Notes: generated by a model not told the origin, from the letters alone. A stretch of 64,000 nucleotides of DNA from Bugula neritina (GCA_964035545.1 OZ037765.1:15686995-15750994); one strand, 5' to 3'. Shown: positions 23,401 through 42,269, counted from the first letter of the stretch. A program made the numbers and translations.

Positions 23401-26400
23401 TATTTTGCGTGCTTCAGCTTACTTTAATGTAATGATTTAAAAAATTATTTCACACGCACATTACAAATGCATTAAACTACGCTAACCATAAATTATTTGC
23501 TTGTGTACCCACTACTATTTTATTTTAAATTTGTATAACAATAGTTTTTTAATCAATCACATATTCACCTGCAAGAGTTTAATTGCACAGACATCAGCAA
23601 TAGATAATGTAGACATTTTGTATAAAAATAAGTATTAGCATGTAGTGCATTGCATGTGGGTCTATGTTGTTACTTGGTATCATCACCATATAATACCATG
23701 TTGATAACCCTTTCTTGTATATGATTTACATAGCGAAACAGCACGATTATTCTACAAATGTAATGACATCAGCCATGGGACAATATAGTCTAGATTCTAG
23801 GTTCTTTCAACTATGAAGTAATGTTTTATGCAATTTGCCATGTCCGTAAGTAATATTCATGTTGAACTAATCGGCCTCAAACCATTGCTGGATGAAATAT
23901 CTGTACCTAGCTCTCAAGCTACTGCAATGCCATCAACAATTTTACCAATAAGTTTTCAACACATGTTTTAGTCATTTGGGTAAAATACAAAGGTTCTCTG
24001 GAGTTCTAGAATAAATGGTGATTAAACATTGGACTTGATGGACATTTTTCATATTGTGTGATGCAACATGATAGCTACAGAGAAAATGCTAATCCCACCA
24101 AAACTGTAATGAAGGTATTATACTGACTGCATACAATACTGTTACTAACAGAGTATTATCCATACATAAGTTTGTATTTTGCAAAAATAAGCATTGAGTC
24201 TGAGCTGCCATTTTCTTTCACCCAAAAACCATTAATGTCAGATTTTAACTTACAAAGCATAGTGGTATAGCACATATATATTTACAATAGCACATCAAAA
24301 AGAATATTATAAAGTGCTACACTTCATCGGTTACCAAAGGTGGTTGCAGAAAGCACAGCATACTATTATAATCTCATCTAAAAAAGGTGCCAACAGTAAG
24401 CTTACACCTCCAGGACTATTTAGGATATTGAATTCCTTTATTCAATGATTGCTCTTTTAACTTATATTCTAAGGTTAGCAATCAACTTAGTTTAAAGTTA
24501 CTGCATTCTAGTCAATTAAGAACGGCCTCTCTTTCCCGGTGGCATGGCCAGTAAATGAGGAAATATTGTGTAAAGATTGCCATGTTGTAGAAATAGGTGT
24601 GCTCTAAAAGTACTATACTTTATATTGAAGTTTTATTGGCTGGCATGGTATTGGATACTAGCCCTCAAAATGTTTTTGTCGCATCTTCCTGCCTCAATGG
24701 TGGTTGAGAATTACTTTGGGTGAGGAAAAACATATATTGAAAACTCATTAGTATAGCTTCAAAGCTAGATGCAGATATTTCATCTAACAATGACTTGAGG
24801 CTGAGAAGCTCATGTTAAATATCACTTACAAAATGTGGCAAACTGCTAACAAAATTACTCCATAGTTGAAAGAAACTGGACTATATTGTCCTATGGCATT
24901 GCACTTGTGGGATAAACAGCTGTTTCACTAAGTGAATCATGTACAAAATGGTGATGATACCAACCAACAGCATAGACTAGCATGCCAAGCACTACATGTT
25001 AATGCTCATTTTTGTATAAATTGTCTACGTTGTCTATTGCTAAAAGCTGTGCATTTGAACTCCCTCAAATAAATATGCAACCAAGTTAAAAATAACTACT
25101 GTTGTAAAATTTTTAAGTAAAATAATGGTGGGTGCATCAGCAACTAATTTATGCTTAACACATGCTTACATGTGTGTGCCGTGTTCGTGTGTGCGTGTTC
25201 GCGTGTGTAAATATATGGTAGTGCTGATAAATATGGTGCGGCACTGCCATTACAGTTCACTGACTGTGCTCTGCTCTAGCGACTGTTTTGCAGTCGTAAC
25301 AGCCCAAGTAATGTCTACCTTTGATGAAATCACCCAAAGTTATAACTGCCTACATAGTTGCTTACAAACTAAGTCAGAAAACTGGCATAGCAAAGTAAGC
25401 CAAAATAGTTCATTGAGCAAACAGATTTTGTAATACTAATAATTTGCTTATACACTGAAGTGTTGTAGATGACTACAGCGTAAACAGGCTATAAAACTCA
25501 ACCAAAAATGGGTGTGTACCAACTCTAAAATATCACCATTATAACTTATATAAAACTTTACATTTTCAAATGCAAATGCATTATTAGGCCAATCAGATAC
25601 AAACATTAACTGATCTTGTAAAATCCTGCCAATCAAAATTTAGTAAAAGCTGCTGGGGTTCAAGTCTACCCAGTTGCCAAAAACAACTAGTTCATTCACC
25701 ACTATGTCAATAAAAAACCATTAAATGTGTTTTGCCAAAACAGCTGGGGTTGTGGTCAAACTGCTCTAGGGTATTTGTGCAGGAATACATTTTTTAAATG
25801 CATTTATTGAGCACTTAATTTAAACATTTTGAAAAATGAACTTATGATTTATAAATTTAAGATATGAAATAAAATAATGCATGTAATAAAAGTTGCACAG
25901 CTATTTTCTAGAAGTATGCATTTTGCATTTGGACTTGCAGAAGTTTATATAAGTTATAGTGGTGTGTATTCTATAATTGGTACAAGGTAGCAAATGTACC
26001 AAATTTACATGGTCTATTCATTGCATAATGCAGTCATGGAAACTCAGTGTATAACACTTGATAAGTTGTTCTGTTTATTATATTTAATATTGTTAACCTA
26101 GTGATAATATTGTAACTAGGTCATGGTCTAACTATGGTCACCCAGGCACATGGGCTAGTATTGCAATATCTATTATTTGTTGCACAACTTGTGCCATGTA
26201 CACCATTTCATTCCTATACTGATCCAGTAGCCTATATAAGAGTCAGTTTACTTCATTTAGTACACACCAGCAACTTATGACTTAACATTAAATTTTGCTC
26301 AAAATCAATTGAAATTTACTATACATGGTATTTTTATGTGCTGGTTTTAACTACGCATAACAGAGAAGGCTGGGGGGGGATTCCCCAACATTAAAGCACA

Positions 26401-29400
26401 GGTCATTGTCATATGCACTTAATATTCTATATGTGCTGACCGTTACAAAAAAACCGTAATGGTCCGTAACCAAAACTAGCTGAATAATTAGGGAAAAACA
26501 TGGGAAATGAAGCAAAATTAAAAAGAACTTTGATTATTCATGTGTATTTATTGGTGTTTTACTAGTTTTGGCCAAAAAACCATGTTCATTACCAGCTAAA
26601 TTGTGAAAAATAGCCAAAAACTGAAGATATCTAGTGTGTACTAAATCAAGTAAAATGACCCATAAATAAAAGTTAAATATAATCCGATCATTCTGTCAGC
26701 TAGCTTGATTTTGTTTCCATAAGGCCTCTTGAATGTTTTCTGTTGCCTTGCACTTTTTATATCTTTTAGATATCTTGTAATTTGCTTAATATTCTTGCCA
26801 TAAAAGTGTTTATAGATTAATAGTTCATAAAAATCATAAGTATCTTGTATCCTCGAGCTAAATCACAGTATATCTCTGTAAACATTTTTTATCCTTTTCT
26901 AACATTGTAGAATATATTTCAGCTAAAATCAATAAATCTTAAAAATTTTGAATTATCAAAAGTGTTATAAATGGGAAAAAAATTATAACATTCCTTAATA
27001 ACTATAATTACAAATATTTGATGATTCACTTATATAGTACCTACTGTGTCATTTGCTTTTAGGGTTGAATTTATAACTGAAGACACAGAAAAGACAGTTC
27101 GTTTTTGTTTATTGGAAGGCCCAGCAAAAAAGTTATTTTGGAAACTTCAGTCAAAGATTATATGTGAAAAGGTATAATGTTAATGGATTCTAAGTAGAAA
27201 GTGTAAATATTGAATCAAATCAAATTGTATGAAGAATGTCACCAGTATCAGTCTGACTACAGCCCTTTTAAAAAGAGAAATGTTAAAGTTTGATCTCAAT
27301 TATTTTCTCAGCTCAAGCTTTACTCATTTATAGTCATATCTATTATAAGTACTAGGGTGACCTGGGTTGAGCAGCACATACACCAAATGCATAGAAAGTA
27401 GTAGGCTGGCTTAGAAAACTTGCATTTTACTAGCACTAAATTAGAAAATAATATGCAAATTTATGCTTATTAGTGAAAATAACTGTGTTATATCCGTATA
27501 TGTTAACTAATCTATTTGTGGAACATGTAAAAGATTAAGGTAATCTTTTGAAATAATAGGAATCATAGTTCTACAGTAGCTGCTGTCAATGTCTTAAAAA
27601 CAAACAAATTGTTTCGAAAGAGTGTTGACTCTATTGCTGCAGACAAGTGACCCAATTGTGTGTAATAAATTTCCTACCAGTTACCACATATGTGGAGGCA
27701 AGTATGAAAAATTGAACTGGCCATGTATTGGCAAAACTAGATTGAATTCAATTGAAATCTATGAGAAGTCAAAGTATTTAAATTGCAACTACACGCCACC
27801 TACTCCAAACAGTTTTGGTGTCTCATAAATGAATAAGACAGAAGCTTTATCACTTCTTCAGTTTAAAAACAAACCCTTGACACTCTTCATATGTTCTTAC
27901 AACTCAATTGGTTTTGTTCATTACTTCAGTCTTATGACGCCCAGCTGAAGATTAGGTTTTTTAACTCTGCAAAGCATTGTAATTAATATTTCAAGCTAAA
28001 GCGTCTTTTCTATCTATTCATAGATTTTGAGATGTGATGGTAAGGTTTTGTCTTCCAAACTGATTTCTGTTAAATGCTTCATACGTCTATATGGGGATAT
28101 AAAGCATCAGCTTTCATATGCCGCCACTGCTTCTACACAATTGCAGTCATCTCCTGAAACTTACGCATCTATCATTATAGACGGGTAAGTGTAACTGCGA
28201 AAACAGTAAAAGGGTAAGCAATTATTCGGCTAGTACATTCATTATCTTATAACTCTTTTGTAAAACCAATCTTATGCATTCAAAAGATAGTATTTCTCTT
28301 GGAAATGGTTCAGTAATACTGGCGAATTACATTTTTTAATCCATAAAAAGTGAAACTTGCAGCAACAAGCCAAATCATAACTTGAAAGATGGTATGCAGG
28401 TAGTGTTGAAAATTAATTGTTGATTTTTTCTTTAGGTATCATGTTTCAGCTTTTACCTGTTTTTTGGCTTTAATATTTTGAAATGTAGGCATTCTGGATA
28501 TGCTGACTCATTTGGTGTAAGTATGTTGTAAGTCATGTTCTATATTAGTACTTTTATTTGTCATAAAGCTAGATAATTTTTGACTTTGTAGTTTAGACTC
28601 CATACCTTTAGCGTCTGAGGATAGTGGAGATTGCTTGAATGAATGCTGTATATGTATGGAAAGAGAATGTCAAACCATTTTGCCGTGTGCTCATGGATAT
28701 TGTGAGCAGTGCATCAATCAATGGTGAGCCTAGGGCCACACTGTGCGTATTTTCGCATGCGAAAATTAAAATCACGGGTAGCAAAGGCGTCCACTGTAGC
28801 GTCAGTGATGCGTGATAAATAAAGCTTTCATTTTTAAATCGCACTCGCTTTCAATAAAACGCAATTTACTGGAATATAGCACTAAATAAAGAAATTGGGC
28901 TCGCTCAATAGCTACCAGCCAATTAGGTGACGACGACAGAGACGATTCGCACTTGCGTTGAAAATGCAGAGCGACAAGTGCGAAGGTTTTCTCAACGCGC
29001 ACAGTGGACACCTTTGCTACTTGTGATTTCAATTTTCGCTTGCGAAAATACGCACCGTGTGGCCCTAGGCTGAGTGTTGCTATGAGTTATACAGTGCCTA
29101 TCGTTTTCTCATAGTTATATTGCTATAGAACAATAGAGTAAGTACTAATATTGTAGTGAAGCTGGTGCTAGCAGAATAGTAGAATTGACACTAAGAGCAT
29201 AGTAGTATTGTGACATTATTATTTGCCCCCTAATAAAATAGCAGAGTCAATAGACCATGTAAAACTCAGCCAATCAGTGGTCTGTACGGACTCTAAAATT
29301 TCAACATTTTATTTTGTATAAAATTCTGCAAGTTCAAGTATGAAATTCATGCATTTGAAAACTAGCTATACAACTTTTATTGCATGCATTGTTACTGCAT

Positions 29401-31770
29401 AAAATCCTTGATGGTTTTTATTGACGTAGTGGTGAATGAGTTGGTATTTTTGGCAGTTGGGTAATTTGGCAGTTGGGCAGTTTGTACACAACTCTGATGG
29501 GCAGTATTTTAGATGACCATTTCATACTTGTATCTAATCGGCCTAATAATTCATACCCCAGCCGAGAATGATATGAAGCCTAACAGGGATAATAATAATA
29601 TAAAATCTGTTGACCCAATAAAATATTGTGTCAAGAGTTTCCCTATGGCAAAGTTCTAGCTTGGTTTGCAATAAACTAGGCTAATATAACTTGGGTGATT
29701 TCATTGAAGGTAGACACTGCACAGAAACTTGATTTGTCTACCGCTCTCACTTGTTAGTATTGTAGAGCATTAATATTCTGTTTGTAACAATATTGTATGC
29801 AGCCAAAGTATTGAAATATAAAACCTTTATTGCAGTTTTGGTCTGAAAATGTAGGATCATTATATTTTTCTTGTACCTTGTAGGTTGAAAAGTTGCATCA
29901 AACAATATAATAAAAAGTTTATCAAGCCTAATGTTCAATCACAATTTACTTTAATGTTTGAAGTTACTCTGTAAGAACCTTTGTATTTTATCCAATTGAC
30001 TAAAACATGTATTGACGGTGTGAATAAGCTATTAGAGTTAGTATACACTTCTGATTGGCTAATGTTTACATGGTCTATTCTAGTCTGATAGCAAAAGTGT
30101 TCCATGTATTTGTTATCAGAAAAATATTTTGTAAATCAATAGAGGTTTGGTAATCATGTGCTTGATTTTAATTTTTGCTAAAAATTACATGTAGCCTGTA
30201 GGTATTGGTTCAAATTCATAACTTGCTTCTGCTAGTAAATTTTTAACTCCCAAATAGTAAGGAATGTTTCGTTCATGAAAGGAAGGCTTTATCATCTGCC
30301 TGTAGATAATGCTGTCTTCCATGGGATATAATTGGTGTCTTGACTCAACAACATACGCATTGTTTTGGTTTTGGTATCATCCATGATACTATGAAAGGTT
30401 TATCTTGAATAGTCTCCGAGATACGAATCCATGAAATTGTCCTTCAGTACCGAAATTCATGGAAGAGTACTATTTTTACCAATTTTTGCTCACAAAAAGT
30501 GCCATGGCAACAGAACTATTAGGAATTAAGTGCTAGCATTTGAGATTTTTTTGACATGTTTTGGAATACTCTGTTAAATAGAGTCTTGAAAAATCTGAGG
30601 CAGTTCTGTTTGGGTCTTGTTGAGTTGGCGTGGAATGACCCATTAGAGTGGAAAAACACCTTTTCAATGCCTTATTTATATGCATGCTAAAAGCATGTGG
30701 CCTGCAGAAATTATGTTTTTCCATTACTGGGACTTTATTGTGTAATATAATGACTCAGGAATTTGGAATAAAATAATTTGAAAAATATCCTGATGCTGTG
30801 CCCCCCCCCCCCCCAGCTCAAGCTGAATTGTACATTGTGACCCTGGCCATGAACTATTTCATTTCAGTGGCCCTCGCTCTGAAAAGGTTGGAAACCTCTG
30901 TATTAAAATATTTTATGTAGTATTGGTAGTGTCAAAAATATTCATTATATAAATTTAGCAACAGGAAATTTTGATAATATTGCAGCATAATGTCTTTTGT
31001 GAATTAGGCTGTGATTTGGGCAATAAATCCTCCCTGATGTCCTTTATTGTATTATTACTCTAACATTACACTGATTGACATAGTCAAGGCTACAATTGCA
31101 ATTCAAAACTTACATAATCTCAACATAAACTTATATAAACAATAAGAAAAGTACAAACAGTTGTATTCCACAAAAAAAAACAATATAATTAAGCTATTTT
31201 TGCTCTCTTAAAATTACAACTAGTCCACTAGCACCAACTATTGCCAAGTGGGTAGGTAGGTATGTATGTATGTATGTATATATGATTTATGTATTTGTTT
31301 ATGTATGATTTATGTATGTATGTATATGTAGGGAAAGTGATGATCATGTGGCTCATTTTTCCCATGACATCCTCATTATATTATTTTGTGAGTGCACTGT
31401 CTAGAGTTAGCTAGGTGCTAGTACTAAATACCGCTTGGGTATTAAATTTATATTCATTGTATTCAGGGAATCTACATTTACCAGAAGCCCAGATGCCGAA
31501 TCAACTAGTACCTGCCCCCTGTGTAGAGACCCGTTGGCAGACTCATCAACTCACTGGGTAGTAGCACAGACTCAACAAACAGAAGACCTCCCCTCAAGCA
31601 ATGTACCTGCCGTTGTCCTCGGGCTTGTAGATAAAGTAGATGGTCGTGTCTCCACGTTTTCTACTAACAATAGATCTTCATATAATGGTCAAGATCCGGA
31701 AGAGTCTTTGGTCACTACATCAACTGCTGACGATTTTCTTTTAATTTCCAAAAGTACATCATTGGATTAA
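20407..31770 (+). CDS. RNF141: RING finger protein 141-like E3 ubiquitin ligase (C3HC4), 285 aa
   Basis: join(20407..20558,27063..27171,28024..28184,28592..28723,31467..31770), all GT-AG, phases consistent (858 nt). MGQ start, LTYDQFLHELELLN, FWKLQSKIICEK, FIRLYGDI, ECCICMERECQTILPCAHGYCEQCINQW...CPLCR...WVV match the vertebrate RNF141 motif order as recalled. Confidence 0.88.
20719..22352. mobile_element. Degenerate DNA transposon with ~300-bp inverted terminal arms (RNF141 intron 1)
   Basis: 20719-~21020 is reverse-complementary to ~22055-22352, e.g. tatacaggggttggccaattttcaa / ttgaaaattggccaactcctgtata and gagcacatcaatactaac / gttagcattgatgtgctc. Confidence 0.75.
22353..26049. mobile_element. 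Small CAC-terminated MITE split by the 22461-26018 element
   Basis: Left end cactgcgtttcca...tgcattatgcaa and right end ttgcataatgca...tggaaactcagtg are mutually inverted and flank the large palindrome. Confidence 0.55.
22461..26018. mobile_element. 3.56-kb palindromic (foldback) non-autonomous DNA transposon, possibly ISL2EU-like
   Basis: Near-identical ~340-bp terminal arms (22461-22801 / 25679-26018) and further inverted blocks inward. Termini aAT|AGACCATGTAAA...TTTACATGGTCT|ATt. Confidence 0.88.
28728..29070. mobile_element. PIF/Harbinger (Tourist-like) MITE, 343 bp
   Basis: ~65-bp TIRs gcctagggccacac(t/g)gtgcgtattttcgca..., flanked by TGA on both sides (28725-28727, 29071-29073). Confidence 0.85.
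29249..30079. mobile_element. Shorter member of the AATAGACCATGTAAA element family
   Basis: Same termini as 22461-26018 (aatagaccatgtaaa / tttacatggtctatt) and shared internal blocks (caacttttattgcatgcatt; tagtggtgaatgag; ttgggtgatttcat..aaggtagaca). Confidence 0.8.
30835..30900. mobile_element. hAT/Charlie-type MITE terminal fragment
   Basis: gtggccctcgctctgaaaaggttggaaacctctg resembles typical Charlie-family right ends. Confidence 0.4.
31255..31330. repeat. (GTAT)n imperfect microsatellite
   Basis: gtatgtatgtatgtatgtat... Confidence 0.8.
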
Positions 31771-34700
31771 AAGTTTTCTAGTTGATTCTCTTGAATATTT
31801 TACAGTTAAAATGTGCTAAAATGTCATGCAGCATGTCATACACCAAGCATCTGCTGCCTTTCTTATACCTGTATTAAGTTTTAGTCATACTTGAAGTATC
31901 AACCTGTAGTATCCTTCTCTGTTACTTAAAGCAGTTTTAAACATGTAATTAAATTATCATTATTAATTACTCAAATTACGTTTTACTTCATTTGGGCTCA
32001 GGTAGAATATATGTATGTTAAAAACTATTGCCAGAGAAATGTGATAAAATATCTTATCTAGTTATGCATAAATAAGTCATTTTATATTTTTACAATTTTA
32101 TTTTCATATCAATGCTAGTGACATTCCAAACAACAGATTCAACCTTAATTTATAGCATCATCAGTAAGCATGATATTGCAATAATATAGTATAATGCCTG
32201 TAGAATTATTAATTCATATTTGTAGGATGTAAACTGTTATATATCATTACAATAAAAGAAAGCCCATGCATTTACACTGCAGCGCCACTTTTAGTTGCCA
32301 TCGTTTGTGCAATTTGATTATACTGATATAAGCTTGTCAGAATACTTATTTTCTTGGTTATTGTACTGCTTCAAATGAAGTTTAATATGTTGTATTTTCT
32401 GGTTTTCTGCTCTTTGTAGCACGTGTATATACTTAATGTAATACGCAAGTGTATTAGTGTAATGTTTAACTGAAAATGGCTTTATGTAGAGCTTTGTTCT
32501 GCTATTTGTAGTTTATCCATGTTATTTCAAATACCAACTATCTAATATACTGTTGAATTAAATACATATAAGTGCATTGTACAAGTTAACACTATATTAT
32601 TTATTTATATCATTGGAATTTCAAAAGCCTATTTGGAGCAATTTGTTTTTGAAATGATCTTTTACCTTTACTGCGTGTTCATGAAATCAGAGCATTGGTA
32701 GCTTAGTAAATAATGTCTAGGTATTTTCTGCTGTGCCTCCACTGGTGCCATGAGCAAAAAAATTCATGGAATTTTTGAACTCAGTAGATATTGCACTAAT
32801 CCCAGCGTGATAAGCACCATCCCCAAGTACCTCCTCTGAGAAAGATAAAAGTTGCATGTGTTTGTTCTCGTAAGTGTAGAAAAACAACCTGAATAAAATT
32901 CCTTTTTACTTTCGGCTTAACCATAACATTATACTGTTACTATGACAGCTAAAAATCATCTTTTCAGTCATGAGCCAACTATGAGTGTAATTTATTGTTT
33001 GAGGAGTTGTCTGATTTTAGGATATAGCTGGTACATACCTCACAGTAATTAATTTCAAATTGAAAGTTGCAAGAATGCTTTAGATTAAATAAATTTTAGG
33101 GTACTTTATGATAATCAGTCGGAATTTAAATGCTTTATTATCAATAATATAATTGAGATAAAGTTTTGATGCAATTCCATCCATTACATCAAGCCATGCA
33201 ATTTTAAATAACAAGCATTTCTGATAATATCATACTTATATTTGAGAATGAATGTGTACAAAGTTTGTAGTCAAGTAAATTGTCTGTACCCTTATGTATG
33301 CTCTAGTCCCCCTCCCCTCTGCAGTAACAATCTTTACAAAAGATTCTAAACAGACCATTATTTGCTTGATTCTCCCAGCTATTTCTAATTTCCTTTTGCA
33401 GATTGTACTTGCAGTTTTCCACTAAAGTATTTGCATCAGTTTACTTTTGTCATTTTGTAATTAATCTTATCAAATAGGAATTTCGGTTGATGACTAGTTC
33501 TTTCAGAAATAGATAAGAAAGTATTATTATGTTAAGCTCTGTGGGTCTTGTTGCTCTTATATATAAATAGCAAAAGCTGGATGGGCTCTAAGCAATTTAG
33601 TATATGCATTAAAAAGGCTATTACAGTTACGAGAATAAATATATCACGGCAATGAAAATTTTCTTGGTAAGTCTAATTATCAATCATTACTAATGCAATG
33701 TGTGCCTCCTATTGTTTTCTCGTAAAAGGCAAATTTTGTTGGTGCTTTGTAATAAAGTATTTTATGTGTTAGTGGTTGCGATGCTTGCTGCTGATAATTA
33801 GTAAAAACTTTTGTGGCGTGCTTCCTAATGGCTTTTTGAATAAGTTACTTTAGTTTATTTATTGTCTTGTCAGATAATGCTGTTTTAGTTGGTATATATG
33901 TTATGATGATGCATAATATAAGTATGGTAATTTATGATTTGAATTATAGGCCCGCGTTATAATAAATATTTGTAGATGTTTTACACAAGTATTTAAAATA
34001 CCTGAAACTTGCTTGCCTTTAATACAGTGAAAATCGAGCTTGTCAAAGATTTGAAGATTTTTTATTTAATAAATTTTAATACAATTTGTTGTATAATGTA
34101 TATTTGTACAGAGCCTAGCGGTTATCATGACGTTTGTACAAGCATTAGAGGGGAGATACACACCTAACAAGGTTTTAAAGAATTCAGCAAATAAATTTGA
34201 ACTCAAGAACTCTCAATTTCTATTGTAAGTAAAAATTCAGAGTTTTACAACGTTAATGGTGCTTCTTCTACAACCTCCAGCTTAAGAATAGTCTAATGAT
34301 TTAAATAAATTAAAGCTAGTGTTACAGAATAGGTTGATGAACTTGCTAGTTGCACAACACCTTAAAATAGGTTGGTAAACATTTATGTATTAACATACTA
34401 TATAGTGCTCAAATTTTTAAAATAGAAATCACATTACCTGCTTCATATAGTCAACAGGTTTTATTTTCATTATAGGCATGTGTCAACAGTTGTCCACAAA
34501 ATTAACGCCGGAAACATACTCTTTAAAAGGGCTAATTTTGATCTAAGAATTGCAGAATACATGGCACACCTCAACAGGATGAGCAAATGTGTAAACATTG
34601 CTTGTGGCCTCATAGATGTCATTGAACCATGACTTTACTATTAGTATAATAGTGTTTCCTCATAGGAAATACTGAATCTCAAACACAACAATATGCAAAA

Positions 34701-35479
34701 TATATGCATTGCTTCAACTCATAAATATTTCTTTTGTACTAATTCTGTTGCTAATTCTTCTAAGTATTTAACAAGTTTACTATATATCATGTAATATCAT
34801 ATTGTATCACATGCATTGTCATTTTAGTCAAAGTATATAATATAGCATGTATAAACTACACTAGCTGATCACAATGACACTGATGGCAATCAGAAATATA
34901 TTTTAGAAATATGATATAACTAGTCATGATTTTGTCAGCATCGCTTTTATATTAATATATATAGCTTTGAGCAAAAATGGTGTAGTTCTACAGAAAACAT
35001 GTAATTAATTTACAAAATTAAAAAAGATTAGGAAAGTGAAACATTGAGCATACAATGGAGGCAATCGCTGCCATATGGAACCATTTAACACTATAGTAGC
35101 CAAGACAGTATAAAACAGTTAGCAATTCAGCAAAATAATATTATCTATAAAACTAGTTATAAGGCTTTTTAGCTCAACAACACAATTAATGAAAACAAAG
35201 TTCTCTTTGATTACATTTAAATCACCATTGGAAATTGTAAGTAGACACTTAGTAAACACTGTTTATTGCTGCTCGGATTTGTTAGTCATAATAGCCAGGC
35301 GAAGACAAATAAAATTGTTACAGTACCAGCAAGAACATATAAGTGATAAAATACTTGAGCATAATATGTCATTGCAGTACTAACTTTCAGTTTCACTGTC
35401 ACACATTTACCCATATGCAGAATATAGAAAGGTAAAGTATAAAGATCTTTTTTGCAAATTAACATTTATAGTTCATACT

Positions 35480-40253
<4,774 letters not shown>

Positions 40254-41223
40254 TTTGTTTGCTAAAAAAATTAGGCAGTAAAAACACATAATACAATTTA
40301 CTATCTTCAATATTAAACCTAAAAATAGATAAATTCGGAAAACCAGGAAGTTAGAGCTTACATCATAATTTGCAAAAGTTGTTAGCTAATGTTTATAAGT
40401 CTTTCTGTAACGCAGAAGGTTAAGATCCTGTCACATGAACAAGTTTTTAGATCAAATATGATACTGCTAAATGAAGTTATTGATGAAATTGCGCAGTAGC
40501 ATCATTGGCAAATACTATTGGTCAAATGAGTTCTGCTTCTGCTGAGAAGATTTTGCATGCGACTCCACAAGCGAACTTTTACTGTGAACAATTTCACACG
40601 AGACATGCAAACAACTTCTATATGCCACCATCAGAACTGAACTTGAAGCGAAACTTCCATGGATGTGGTTACGCTCGTATATATATTTTTTATGATTTTC
40701 CAGCTTACTTTAGAAACAAAACAAGGTGTTTTTGCTATTTGTTTATTAGCAGTATAACTTTTCTTTACATTTAATCAAAACTGAAGTCAAATATTACTAT
40801 CAAATTAAGCACTGTGCTTAATTTGCAATTTTTTAGTGGAGTCTAAAACCATAAACTTTAAGTAAAATTGTAACAGCTTCGTCAAAAACAACATTAGCTA
40901 GTGACCAGTTTTATTAGCACATAAAAACTTGTTTTATACCGCTTTATCAATGCAAGAACAGCTACATACACCTTCTGAGGTAAATTGTTAGAAATTTTTA
41001 AATCATTTTAGTATCGCACTCCAAGTTCCTCATATAAATGTAAACCATTTATATTTCAGTATTAGCCCAAAAATTTAAACCAGCTGTTGTATTTAATTTT
41101 GAAATGGTAAAAATTAAACTGACACTTACCAAAGTTCTAGTTCTAGATAAACTAAACTAAAGTCTACATATATAAGATCAGCTTTGAATTAGCAATCTAC
41201 TGTTATAATAGTGGCAGTGGCTG

Positions 41224-41319
41224 GTTGCTATGTGTATCCAACCTTCTATCCATTATCACTAAAGGGTTGCAATCAAACACAATACAGTCAATTTACATAT
41301 CAATATAGTCCATGGTTAC
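41224..41319. promoter_or_regulatory. Putative RFX X-box-like sites upstream of tektin-3
   Basis: GTTGCTATG at 41224 and GTAACCATGGACTA on the minus strand (41306-41319), just upstream of a likely non-coding exon ending at donor G|GTAAGT (41129). Both are only partial matches to GTTGCCATGGCAAC. Confidence 0.35.
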
Positions 41320-42269
41320 CTTTATTCATGCTGTGCGATTGCAGTATCAATTTAACATTAAATAATCGTTATTCTGATACTTGATATGATATATTCAGCA
41401 TGCTGTTTAACTTGCTTAAATTTAAGCTAGTATATATTTAATGTATATGTTTTAATCTGTCTACAACTAAGTAACCTTGCAAATAGCAACTAGAATACAT
41501 ATACCTTTATGTACATCGAACCACATTATCAACGTTAATCACAGCTTATAGCTGGTGAATGCATGCATACACACTAATGTACTAAAAGCAAAAATAATAT
41601 GTTAACGGCCAGTTTTATGCCCTACATTAAATTATCAACAGGTTCTATCCTAAGATTCTAGTTTATTTTCTTTCAAATCAACAACTCCAATACTAAGCTT
41701 CCATACACTACAATTTTTTATGTGATATTTACAGTTATTCAATTGAAATATTGTTTTTCATTAGAATGTATTGGCTGCGTCCATGCAGTTTTTTGCTTTT
41801 GTATGGTTGAATTGTATACGCTATAAAGCTAAACTACATACCCACTTCTTTGGAATTCTGCTTGGAGTTATAATACTAACCACTATAAAACTTTTCAATG
41901 CCCATTTGCAGTAAACCCTTCATTCTTAAGAAGTCTAATGCAAATTAAATTCTGTACTTTTCATAATTGAAATAAGTAGATCAAATTAGACTAGACCTAT
42001 TTTCAATAACTATAACACACACACACACGCACGCACACACTTTCAAAAAGATGCAAGTTTGGGTATAAAATAATTTATTTGTAACAATTTGAGCTTTCAG
42101 AAGTTTCAGTGACAACAGTTCATAGCTTGATGAGTTGATATAAATGGGCAGCCTTAGCAACTACAAAAGAGCTAAGTAAACAAGTATATTACAACTTGAG
42201 ATAATCAATATTCCTGTTTAGCATGGTAACAGCTAGGCCAGCTTAACAACATGCTGCTACCTCATTACA

